From contig NZ_CP007536.1 in assembly GCF_000698785.1 (NCBI RefSeq), positions 1,470,001 through 1,502,000 on the forward strand: DNA of 32,000 nucleotides, in the 5' to 3' direction. The DNA is from Nitrososphaera viennensis EN76 (lineage in GTDB: Archaea; Thermoproteota; Nitrososphaeria; Nitrososphaerales; Nitrososphaeraceae). The number at the start of each line of letters is the position of its first letter. Position 1 is the stretch's first letter. Below the pieces are notes generated by a model. That model saw only the letters and a list, made by a program, of their open reading frames with translations, did not search any database and had not been told where the DNA came from. This document shows positions 8,401 to 15,687 of the stretch, piece after piece. The translations under genes and the position numbers were made by a program.

Positions 8401-8942
8401 AATCCTTGTTTTAATGGATTTGTCTTTCAGACATACATCGTTTTCTTGTCGGTGATTGACGGCTTGCGAGTTTCAATCCTTGTTTTAATGGATTTGTCTT
8501 TCAGACGAGATCACCGAATATGCAGAGAACTGGCTTCTGTTGTTTCAATCCTTGTTTTAATGGATTTGTCTTTCAGACATATTTCGGCCAGCTCGTGGAC
8601 GTCGTTGGTATCCCTGTTTCAATCCTTGTTTTAATGGATTTGTCTTTCAGACAGGGCTACGAAAGACGTTTCCAGTAGGTTTATGCCGTTTCAATCCTTG
8701 TTTTAATGGATTTGTCTTTCAGACTCAAATAATTTACGAGTTAGCTCTAGGGTAAGTGTGTTTCAATCCTTGTTTTAATGGATTTGTCTTTCAGACAGCT
8801 GGAGGGGATTCTACCCTTACTTCTGATTTCATGTTTCAATCCTTGTTTTAATGGATTTGTCTTTCAGACTGAAAGGACCAGGGCGGACAAGGGAGTCCAG
8901 TACATGTTTCAATCCTTGTTTTAATGGATTTGTCTTTCAGAC
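5494..8942 (-). CRISPR. CRISPR array with 48 identical 37-nt repeats and 47 spacers (34-38 nt)
   Basis: The + strand repeat is GTTTCAATCCTTGTTTTAATGGATTTGTCTTTCAGAC. The first copy is 5494-5530 and the last is 8906-8942, with a period of 71-75 nt. Spacer lengths sum to 1673 nt, and all repeats are identical by my reading. The reverse complement (GTCTGAAAGACAAATCCATTAAAACAAGGATTGAAAC) ends in ATTGAAAC, the canonical source of the 8-nt crRNA 5' handle. That strand also has no oligo-T run, whereas the + strand has TTTT. The array is therefore read on the minus strand, like the cas genes, with the leader at the 8943 side. Confidence 0.98.
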
Positions 8943-9042
8943 AGCCCTCCGGACACCCGGTTTTGTGCGTAAAATTCAGTCTACAGACCCCAAAAGGCTG
9001 TCTTTCCTCACCGTCCTGCATTTTTATGGAACCCTATATAAA
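8943..9042 (-). promoter_or_regulatory. CRISPR leader (81 nt, 8943-9023) plus candidate pre-crRNA promoter elements
   Basis: Only 81 nt separate the cas4 stop (9024-9026) from the first repeat. On the minus strand TTTATATA (9042 down to 9035) lies inside the last cas4 codons (SLYRVP*). A weaker AATTTTAC-like element lies at 8977 down to 8970. Confidence 0.4.
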
Positions 9043-9617
9043 GATCCAGTGGGACACACCTTCTTGTAGGTGCAGTCAAGGCATTTGCTGCTATATTTCA
9101 CGTCCGGGCTAATCCCACTTGCCAGTATCTGCTTTACGGATTCTAGCTTTTGAAGCGCAAAATCTTTCAATCCCTGGGTCAATTCAATCTCTTTTACCAC
9201 TCGCTGGGATTTTTGGAACACAACAAAAGCGCGGGCAACCCGCTTGTTACGGTTCTCTTCTAGCAGAATAGATAACAGGCCCACCTGCGTTTTCAAAGTG
9301 TCGGTAATCACAGTAAAATCAGAATACTTCCTTTCGACCAGCACGATCTCGCTGGCGGTTTCATAAGCTTCATCTATCTTGCCGGATAGTCCAAGGCGCA
9401 TGGAGTAGAGCTGGAAAGCGACCAGTTTCTTCCCTCTGCCGATTTTTGGCAGATAGTCGCGGTTGTCCTTCTCGGACCGCGTATGGAGAGCGCGGCCCGC
9501 AAGCACGGTCCCCCTCTTTTCTTCGTACTGACGCAGACCAAGGACCAGCGAATAATAGGTGAATTTCGGGCAGAACGCGTTTTCAACCACGTCTGTCACG
9601 GTTATCAGGTCTTTCAT
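9024..9617 (-). CDS. cas4: Cas4 (RecB-like nuclease with a four-Cys cluster)
   Basis: 197 aa. It has the N-terminal Cys (AFCPKFTYY), a D...ExK nuclease core (GKIDEAYE ... VLVERK), a Q motif (TQVGLL) and the C-terminal CLDCTYKKVC. Its ATG overlaps the cas2 stop (ATGA at 9614-9617). Confidence 0.9.
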   Translation of the reverse strand: MKDLITVTDVVENAFCPKFTYYSLVLGLRQYEEKRGTVLAGRALHTRSEKDNRDYLPKIGRGKKLVAFQLYSMRLGLSGKIDEAYETASEIVLVERKYSDFTVITDTLKTQVGLLSILLEENRNKRVARAFVVFQKSQRVVKEIELTQGLKDFALQKLESVKQILASGISPDVKYSSKCLDCTYKKVCPTGSLYRVP

Positions 9618-9910
9618 AGTACTTCAGCGGGCCTCTTGCCAGTTGCATACTGCGCGTCAAACCCCTTGCCCAGTACGCTAATCCTCCCAAAGCACTGCTG
9701 GCACGTGAGGATGAGGTAGAAGGAATCTTCGTCTTTGATGACCCGCTTGATGTCCTCCAAGAGATCTTTCTTTTTCTGGTTCACGAGTGTGCCGCAAAAG
9801 GCGCTTTTCTGGATCCGTACAAACCCGGCATTTTTCAAGATCCGTATGACGTTGCTCCTCACCAGGTTGTCAGAAATATCATAAATCGCATAGTACGAGT
9901 TTGCCTTCAT
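9614..9910 (-). CDS. cas2: Cas2
   Basis: 98 aa from ATG 9910 (MKANSYYAIYDISDN...), a ferredoxin-like Cas2 N-terminus with the conserved Asp. The longer track ORF (to 9964) overlaps cas1. ATG 9910 forms an ATGA overlap with the cas1 stop. Confidence 0.9.
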   Translation of the reverse strand: MKANSYYAIYDISDNLVRSNVIRILKNAGFVRIQKSAFCGTLVNQKKKDLLEDIKRVIKDEDSFYLILTCQQCFGRISVLGKGFDAQYATGKRPAEVL

Positions 9911-10863
9911 TCCGCCTTGTCCTCTTTTGCAAGTTGCTCTATTATCTTCCTGCAAAACCCCCAAGCTATTTTTTCCAGCTCCTTCCTGTTTTTCTCGCTA
10001 TAGGATGTCAGCAGTGCCAGCCTGGCGTCCTTGGCAAGGAAAATGCCCTGACCGTCCCGGTCCTCAAACCAGCTTTCCGAGACCATCTTTTTGCTGAACA
10101 GGCTCGTGACTGTCCTGTCTACAAGCGGCCTCACCGGCTCCATCAGGTCAAAGGACAGCGTGGGCTTGCCGTAAGAATCTGCATGGTAAAAGCCGGCGTT
10201 TGGGTCAAGCCCTGAGAGGATGATTATCTTTTCAACGTCAGAGTAGGCTATGCCATACGCGTAATTGAGCAGGGCGTTAAAGCCGTCCAGCGCAGGATAC
10301 TGGCTCCTGCGCTCAAACGACCACTTGGCCGGCAGGACAGCAGAGATCGCGCGGAAATACGCTGATGCAGATGTCCCTTCAAATCCAAGCAGCGTTTGTT
10401 TTGTCCTCCCGTCGATTGCAAGCTTGCCCACCTGCAAAAGCGCCTCCGATATGACTGCGATGGCGCGGGTGATTTCCGGGACTTCGGCCTTCCTGTTGTT
10501 TTTCAGGTCCAGCAAAAATTCTCTCTGTCCTTTCAGCTTTGCTCGGACCAATTCAAGCGAGAGCTGGACTGCCATCGGTGTCTCTTGATTGACGTACTGC
10601 TTCCTGCGCAGTTCCGTGCTCTTGCCGGCCGTGCTTGTCCATAGCCGGGCCATGGGCCTGCCCGCCCAGTCGGCCACCACCAGCTGGATGTTCTTCTCGA
10701 TGCACAGTTTTACTGCCTGCGAACTGATGAGTACATTGGCACTTACCATTATTGCATCGACTTTTTCTGCAGGGATTTCCGATGTGCCGTCCTGGTTTTT
10801 TACGACAAACAGGTCGTTCTGGCGCTTCAGCACTGAGCCGTGGCTCGATATTTCAAGGATCAT
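9907..10863 (-). CDS. cas1: Cas1 integrase
   Basis: 318 aa. NALLNYAYGIAYSDVEKIIILSGLDPNAGFYHADSYGKPTLSFDLMEPVRPLVD matches the Cas1 C-terminal catalytic-domain signature. Confidence 0.95.
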   Translation of the reverse strand: MILEISSHGSVLKRQNDLFVVKNQDGTSEIPAEKVDAIMVSANVLISSQAVKLCIEKNIQLVVADWAGRPMARLWTSTAGKSTELRRKQYVNQETPMAVQLSLELVRAKLKGQREFLLDLKNNRKAEVPEITRAIAVISEALLQVGKLAIDGRTKQTLLGFEGTSASAYFRAISAVLPAKWSFERRSQYPALDGFNALLNYAYGIAYSDVEKIIILSGLDPNAGFYHADSYGKPTLSFDLMEPVRPLVDRTVTSLFSKKMVSESWFEDRDGQGIFLAKDARLALLTSYSEKNRKELEKIAWGFCRKIIEQLAKEDKAE

Positions 10864-11507
10864 GAGCTTTCAATCGCTCCGAAACCCTTTGAGACGCTCT
10901 TGCCTAGGCCAAAGAAACGTGGAAGATTCACGTTCGTTGTAAACGAAGCCCGAAAAGCCTGAAATTGGTTCTCGTGTACAAATACCCTTTGAGGCCGGAA
11001 GGTTTCAAGGTCAGCAGTCACCTTGAACTTTGCAAACACCGACAGCCCCTTGATGGCGCTAAGGACATTTCCCACCAGTATCTTTTCAAGGAACGCCTTT
11101 TTCTTGGCGCTTTCAAGGTTCCTGAATTTCTGGTAGTTTTCCTCGTTGAGGGCTATCCAGGGGGTGGCGAATCGAAACCTTATCCGTGTTTCTTCTTTTA
11201 CAGAAAACGAGTCGGTCACAAGGTCCACGCTCTGCACGTTTATCCTGCCGTTTGGCGTGGTTATATGATCGAGGGTGGACATTTTGCGACATACCACCTC
11301 TGCATAGTCCTTGAGGCCCATCACCATGAGCCGGCCGCGCACCTTCTTGTACTGGACTAGTGGATAGTGGTAGGGGCTGTCAGAGTGGTGGTGGAATTCC
11401 GTGTCCTCCACGAACAGGTACCCTAGAAAACCCCTCAGCGCGACTGCGGATATGGTACTTGCGTCCGGGACTTCGATGTATGCATAGCAGACCTCTATTT
11501 TATCCAT
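10860..11507 (-). CDS. cas6: Cas6 endoribonuclease
   Basis: 215 aa. The C-terminal glycine-rich loop GLGKSVSKGFG fits the Cas6 GhGxxxxxGhG motif. It lies inside the cas operon. Confidence 0.8.
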   Translation of the reverse strand: MDKIEVCYAYIEVPDASTISAVALRGFLGYLFVEDTEFHHHSDSPYHYPLVQYKKVRGRLMVMGLKDYAEVVCRKMSTLDHITTPNGRINVQSVDLVTDSFSVKEETRIRFRFATPWIALNEENYQKFRNLESAKKKAFLEKILVGNVLSAIKGLSVFAKFKVTADLETFRPQRVFVHENQFQAFRASFTTNVNLPRFFGLGKSVSKGFGAIESS

Positions 11508-13681
11508 TTGTCAAGGCCGACCTCCGGATCGTAAACTTCTTTCAGGCTGCCGGGTCTCGGCAGGAGGATGCCCCTTTCCAGCAGGTCCGAGTCCAGGTAG
11601 TCCTTTATCTCCTTGTGTGCAGAACCGGGAAGGTTGGCAGTCAGGGCAGAATAAGCTTTGAATGACTGCTTGTCAAATTTTTGCATCGATTTCAGCTTGG
11701 CCAATATGTCTTGTAGGTCTTGCTCGGTGTCAGGGACTATCATGGAATGGCCTTCTTCCTCTGTAAAGACATGGTTGTTCACGAAACTAGAGACGCCTTC
11801 AAAGTCCATGTCGCCCACCAAACGTTCGAGTTCGGCCATCCTGTCAGCGTTTCGCAAGTTCTTGGCAGACACCTGCTCATAGTACCCGTCGAGTTTGCCG
11901 TACAGTTCCTTCGAGTTGCGCACTTTTTTCAGTACCTTGAGCGATTCCTGATATTCCAGCTCGCTGTACGGCCTGTGATCCTGGTCCGGCTGAAAAATGT
12001 AGAGCACGGGGTTTTCGTCGTCGCCCTCCCTGTTGAGCCGCCCCATGACCTGTACGATGCTGTCAAGCGGGGCGACTTCGCGGTAGACCTCTGCAAAGCT
12101 TACGTCGACTCCCGCCTCCAGCACCTGCGTCGATACCACCAACATCCCTTTTTTTGACTCGTGGATAAGTTTGATGGTGTTGCTCCTGTCCTTCTTTCTT
12201 ATGCCAGAAGTGACGTACAGCAGGCTGTCCGTGTCGTCTTTTTTTATGCCATCAAAGATTTGCTTTGCCTTTTTGCGTGTGTTTGCCATGACGAGGACTT
12301 TTTTCCCATTAGTCCCGGCAGGAGGCTTGAAGCGGGGCACGAAACTGATCTTTTTCATCGTCAGGTGGTGGTATTCTCGTAAAAGCGCTGGAGGAACCCT
12401 GTTTATTGGAACATTGCTCGAAAGCTCGTACGGGATTGTCGCGCTCACCAGGAGCACCTTTGCGTTCATTTCCCGGCATATGACCCGCAGCATTTCAACA
12501 AGGTTTGGCAGCATGAACTTGGGCACGACCTGGATTTCGTCCACTATCAGCAATGAATTTCTCAGGGAAGCCAGCTTCATCTTGTCGGCCACTGCGTTGA
12601 AGTAGAGTATCATCAAAAGCCGCTGGGTCGTCGATATTACAAATTTGCTATTGAAAGATTCGTTGTCAAAATTGTATCCAAGGCTCTCCAGAACTCGGTT
12701 CTCTTGCTTGTCCGACAGGCTGCCTGTGAAAAGATGGTTGTAGACGAGGATGTCGTCAAGCGCTTTCGGGCCGAGGACTTGGGCGACCTTGCTCTCGAAA
12801 TCCTCGGTCAGGGCAAGCAGGGGAGAAAAATACATGACGCGGCTCACCCCGTGCTTGCCGGCGTATTCGTTTATCAGGTCGAGGAAGACCTTTGTCTTGC
12901 CCATCCCCGTGGGCGCGTTGAGGACCGATATGGGCGCGCTAGTGTCATGGACGCCAGCGAACCACTGCTGGAACCCTGTACGGAGCCTCGACAGAGGTGA
13001 CTCGGCTCTTACCAGTTTTCCAGTATCCATGTGCAGGTCGTACTTGATGTCCTGTCGCTCGGAAAAGCTTCCCCTGTCTGCCTGCAGCAGTGATGAGAAC
13101 ACCACCTCCGCCTCTACAAAGTCCCTTGTGGCGTCCCCTGATTTCGACTTGAGCTTTAGCTGAAAGTCCATCGGGAGGGCAAATTCCGCCAGGCAATGTT
13201 CCCAGTCGAGATTGCCAAAATGCTCGCTTGCAGGCATTGTTTTTCTAAACTGCGCGAGGTTTTCGAGCAGTCCCTTCTTGGCCCTCTTGCCCCTGTCTGT
13301 TATCTTTTCTGACGATACCTCGTTAGAGAGGTACGAGTGGTGGGCCGCGATGGTGCACAGGACAAGCTGGAGGCGGTTTGGATCGAGCTCTTTGCAGAGT
13401 AGTTTTTCTGCCGCCCATGCGGAAAACACGGAATGCTGCCTCTCATACTTGGACTCTAATTCGCTTTCAAGAGACTTTTGCCTATCCGGCGCCGCATGAA
13501 AGAGCTCCTGATAAAAGGGGTTCAGCTTGCCGATGTCATGCAAGAGGCCGGCATAGTAGGCCAGCCTGCTGCTTGCAAAGTTGGTCTGGCGCATGATGCC
13601 TTCGGCTGCTGTTGCTACTTTTGTCAGGTGCTCGTCCAGCGGCTTGCCCGGGTGCGACAGGAAATCAATATAGGCAGACAA
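11495..13681 (-). CDS. cas3: Cas3 (fused HD nuclease + SF2 helicase)
   Basis: HD domain: SHPGKPLDEHL, LLHDIGK, AAHHS. Helicase: Walker A NAPTGMGKT and LLIVDEIQ (DExx box). The track ORF extends to 13807, but its first 47 codons overlap cas5. TTG at 13681 lies just before the HD N-terminus and is the most plausible start. The start remains uncertain. Confidence 0.9.
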   Translation of the reverse strand: MSAYIDFLSHPGKPLDEHLTKVATAAEGIMRQTNFASSRLAYYAGLLHDIGKLNPFYQELFHAAPDRQKSLESELESKYERQHSVFSAWAAEKLLCKELDPNRLQLVLCTIAAHHSYLSNEVSSEKITDRGKRAKKGLLENLAQFRKTMPASEHFGNLDWEHCLAEFALPMDFQLKLKSKSGDATRDFVEAEVVFSSLLQADRGSFSERQDIKYDLHMDTGKLVRAESPLSRLRTGFQQWFAGVHDTSAPISVLNAPTGMGKTKVFLDLINEYAGKHGVSRVMYFSPLLALTEDFESKVAQVLGPKALDDILVYNHLFTGSLSDKQENRVLESLGYNFDNESFNSKFVISTTQRLLMILYFNAVADKMKLASLRNSLLIVDEIQVVPKFMLPNLVEMLRVICREMNAKVLLVSATIPYELSSNVPINRVPPALLREYHHLTMKKISFVPRFKPPAGTNGKKVLVMANTRKKAKQIFDGIKKDDTDSLLYVTSGIRKKDRSNTIKLIHESKKGMLVVSTQVLEAGVDVSFAEVYREVAPLDSIVQVMGRLNREGDDENPVLYIFQPDQDHRPYSELEYQESLKVLKKVRNSKELYGKLDGYYEQVSAKNLRNADRMAELERLVGDMDFEGVSSFVNNHVFTEEEGHSMIVPDTEQDLQDILAKLKSMQKFDKQSFKAYSALTANLPGSAHKEIKDYLDSDLLERGILLPRPGSLKEVYDPEVGLDKWIK

Positions 13682-14408
13682 CTTTGCCGCCGTCCGGAAA
13701 AGAGTGGAGAGAAGACAGCTTAGGTTTCTCAATCTGTACCTTATAGATAGAACCCCCTGCAGGGATCCAGTGTCGAAGTACACGTCTCTCCAGCTGCCCG
13801 TTTTCAAAGAAATGGTGCAGGTGCCTTTCTATTATCATGCGCGAGCTGTCCTGCGCTTTGTTAGCGGTTACAGAAAACCCAGTATTGTAGGTCTCGGATT
13901 CGTCGAGGATTACCGCCGAAGTGGCAAACTTTAGCTCTTTAAAAAGCGGCATATCTTGCATCGCGACATCGGAGATGCGCGCAGGGCAGTACGCGTGGCC
14001 AAAATACGGAGCATACTTGCAGTCGTTGTCTTTCAAAGACTTGTAAAGTGCTTCCCGGGTAGCGTCGTCGGTCTTGACATAGAACCTGTACGAGGGCGAA
14101 ACCAAAACCTCCGTCTTGAAAGGCTTTGTCTTGGATTCCTTTAGAGACCGGTGGTTGGTAAAGAAAGAGACCTTCCTCGGGTCCGATTCCAGCTCTATTC
14201 CGATTGAGGTCTTTTTGAACAGCTCAAGGTAACCAGGGCCGTAGATTTCTCCAAGCGAATGATCCCTCTCTATGCCCAAGACCGCGCCAATCATTCCTAT
14301 CACCGCGCTCTTGGACGGTATGTAGTACACGGTCTGGTTGGATGTTACGGAAGGATCCCGGAACGCCGCAAACTCGCCGGAGGCGCGGAAGGATATGATG
14401 TCGGGCAT
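13665..14408 (-). CDS. cas5: Cas5 (type I-B)
   Basis: 247 aa. The N-terminus (FRASGEFAAFRDPSVTSNQTVYYIPSKSAVIGMIGAVLGIER) matches the Cas5 RAMP pattern. It sits between cas7 and cas3. Confidence 0.85.
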   Translation of the reverse strand: MPDIISFRASGEFAAFRDPSVTSNQTVYYIPSKSAVIGMIGAVLGIERDHSLGEIYGPGYLELFKKTSIGIELESDPRKVSFFTNHRSLKESKTKPFKTEVLVSPSYRFYVKTDDATREALYKSLKDNDCKYAPYFGHAYCPARISDVAMQDMPLFKELKFATSAVILDESETYNTGFSVTANKAQDSSRMIIERHLHHFFENGQLERRVLRHWIPAGGSIYKVQIEKPKLSSLHSFPDGGKVVCLY

Positions 14409-15349
14409 TAGAGTTCCTGTACGGGTATCCCTTTTGACCGCAGCTGCGACGCAAGCGACCTGACGTCTTCTTGTATGTCATCACAGGAGGCTATCCTCAC
14501 ATTCTTTACGCGGGATTTCCTTTCCACAAGCGCGCTCACCAGACGCCTAAAGTCAAATGGCGACTTTGAAAGCTCTTTCGCATGCTGTTTCATCTCCTGC
14601 GACTCGTCGACTAGGACCGGGAGGTCGTTGTACGACGTAGAGTCGTACGAGACCTCTATGTACAGTATGCTGCGTTGCGGAAACTTTGAGCGTGTGATCA
14701 GGTTGTTCGTACCCTTCCAGAGGCACTCGAACAGCTTTTCCTCGACCTTATCAAAGCGGTTTCTTGCCTTGTCGTTGTTGAAGTACTTGCCAAGATTCAT
14801 CGGGTTTATGGCGCCGTGAATCTTCAAGAGGGCGTACTCGACCGAATAGAACTTGCCGAATGTGGAGAATTGCTTCTCCTGGTTCTCCTTCTCTTTGCCC
14901 ACAAACCTGCCCGATATTGTCGGGTTTATTATCCTGACCTTGTTCACGCTCCTGCCAAGGCCAAACTGTGCAGGGCCGGTAAGCTTGTACGAGCCACCTT
15001 CGTCATCCCCCTTCTCAGACCTGACCGTGACGAGGGCGCCAAAGAGCGGAGCGTCAAAAGTCGATTGTATCAGTTCTCCAATGACGTCTTTACCCTTCAT
15101 GTTGCCGATTATCTCCTTGGCCCTCTGGTCGGCCGTAACGGCGTTGCCGTCCTTGTCGTAGTCTACAAACAACGTCTCACCAAGGACGTCGCGGGCATAG
15201 TCGCGTATAGTCCGCTTTATCCTGACATCGGTTATCAGGATGGTGTCGTCCGGCATCAGCCGGGGCTGGTTCTCAAAACCGGGATCGCCATTGGGGTTCT
15301 GCCGGGATTCATAGTAGAACAGGATTTCCTTGTTGATGCTCTTTGTCAA
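14408..15349 (-). CDS. cas7: Cas7 (Csh2/Csd2-like backbone subunit)
   Basis: 313 aa. It has the NPNGDP motif, then LITDVRIKRTIRDY, typical of I-B/I-C Cas7. The TTG start is embedded in the cas8b stop (cTTGAc). Confidence 0.9.
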   Translation of the reverse strand: MTKSINKEILFYYESRQNPNGDPGFENQPRLMPDDTILITDVRIKRTIRDYARDVLGETLFVDYDKDGNAVTADQRAKEIIGNMKGKDVIGELIQSTFDAPLFGALVTVRSEKGDDEGGSYKLTGPAQFGLGRSVNKVRIINPTISGRFVGKEKENQEKQFSTFGKFYSVEYALLKIHGAINPMNLGKYFNNDKARNRFDKVEEKLFECLWKGTNNLITRSKFPQRSILYIEVSYDSTSYNDLPVLVDESQEMKQHAKELSKSPFDFRRLVSALVERKSRVKNVRIASCDDIQEDVRSLASQLRSKGIPVQEL

Positions 15350-15687
15350 GCTCTCTCCTCCTTTTTCCCGGCTGCGCCTTTGCTAAAATAGCCCTTGTAG
15401 AAAAAGTACGAATAATCGTTGTACGCAGAATTGTCGCTTATTTCGACAGAGGGCTGGTTGCTGCTGATGAACGACTCCAGTCTCTTTACCTTCTCTCCCG
15501 GTGCCTTTGACAGGCTCAAGCCGAGGCCGATCCGCTGCATGACAAAGCGGAGTTTTTCCCTGTCATACCTCGAATACGCGAGGATGTCGCGGAGTGAGTT
15601 GCTGGACTCTTTTACGTCCTCTTTGAATTTGATGTATTCTGCAGCGATAATCCCAACGCTATGTGCATATTGTTCATCGCTATTCAT
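15346..15687 (-). CDS. candidate internally initiated Cas11-like small subunit (113 aa, in frame within the cas8b 3' end)
   Basis: The in-frame ATG at 15687 (MNSDEQYAHSVGIIAAEYIKF...) is preceded on the minus strand by GGAGGCAAGGGTGATGAA, which contains Shine-Dalgarno-like GGAGG and GGTGAT. No separate cas11 gene exists in the locus. Confidence 0.3.
   Translation of the reverse strand: MNSDEQYAHSVGIIAAEYIKFKEDVKESSNSLRDILAYSRYDREKLRFVMQRIGLGLSLSKAPGEKVKRLESFISSNQPSVEISDNSAYNDYSYFFYKGYFSKGAAGKKEERA

Noticed and set aside
5494-8942. Self-targeting spacers, meaning spacers that match elsewhere in this 32-kb window.
   Set aside because: I saw no match by eye, but I cannot run an exhaustive search. 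This needs a blastn-short of all 47 spacers against the full genome, so no claim is made.
8952-8988. A possible degenerate 49th repeat in the leader (GACACCCGGTTTTGTGCGTAAAATTCAGTCTACAGAC ends in CAGAC like the repeat).
   Set aside because: Only about 14 of 37 positions match in an ungapped alignment. It starts just 9 nt after the last true repeat, which leaves no room for a spacer. The resemblance is limited to GTCT.CAGAC and a T-run.
5729-9112. The track lists several 60-96-aa + strand ORFs inside the array: 5729-5971, 7808-8026, 8050-8340, 8446-8634, 8851-9069 and 8924-9112. They contain recurring peptides such as MDLSFR and FNPCFNGFVFQT.
   Set aside because: They are artefacts of the CRISPR repeat, which is stop-free in two + strand frames (VSILVLMDLSFR and FNPCFNGFVFQT). 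They exist only where spacers happen to lack stops.
10965-15391. Long + strand ORFs lie antisense to the cas genes, for example 14816-15391 (191 aa), 12171-12605 (144 aa), 12750-13163 (137 aa), 11720-12157 (145 aa) and 10965-11360 (131 aa).
   Set aside because: They overlap well-supported cas genes completely. They have no recognisable motifs and show the odd composition typical of antisense frames (Leu/Arg/Val-rich). They have no independent promoter context.
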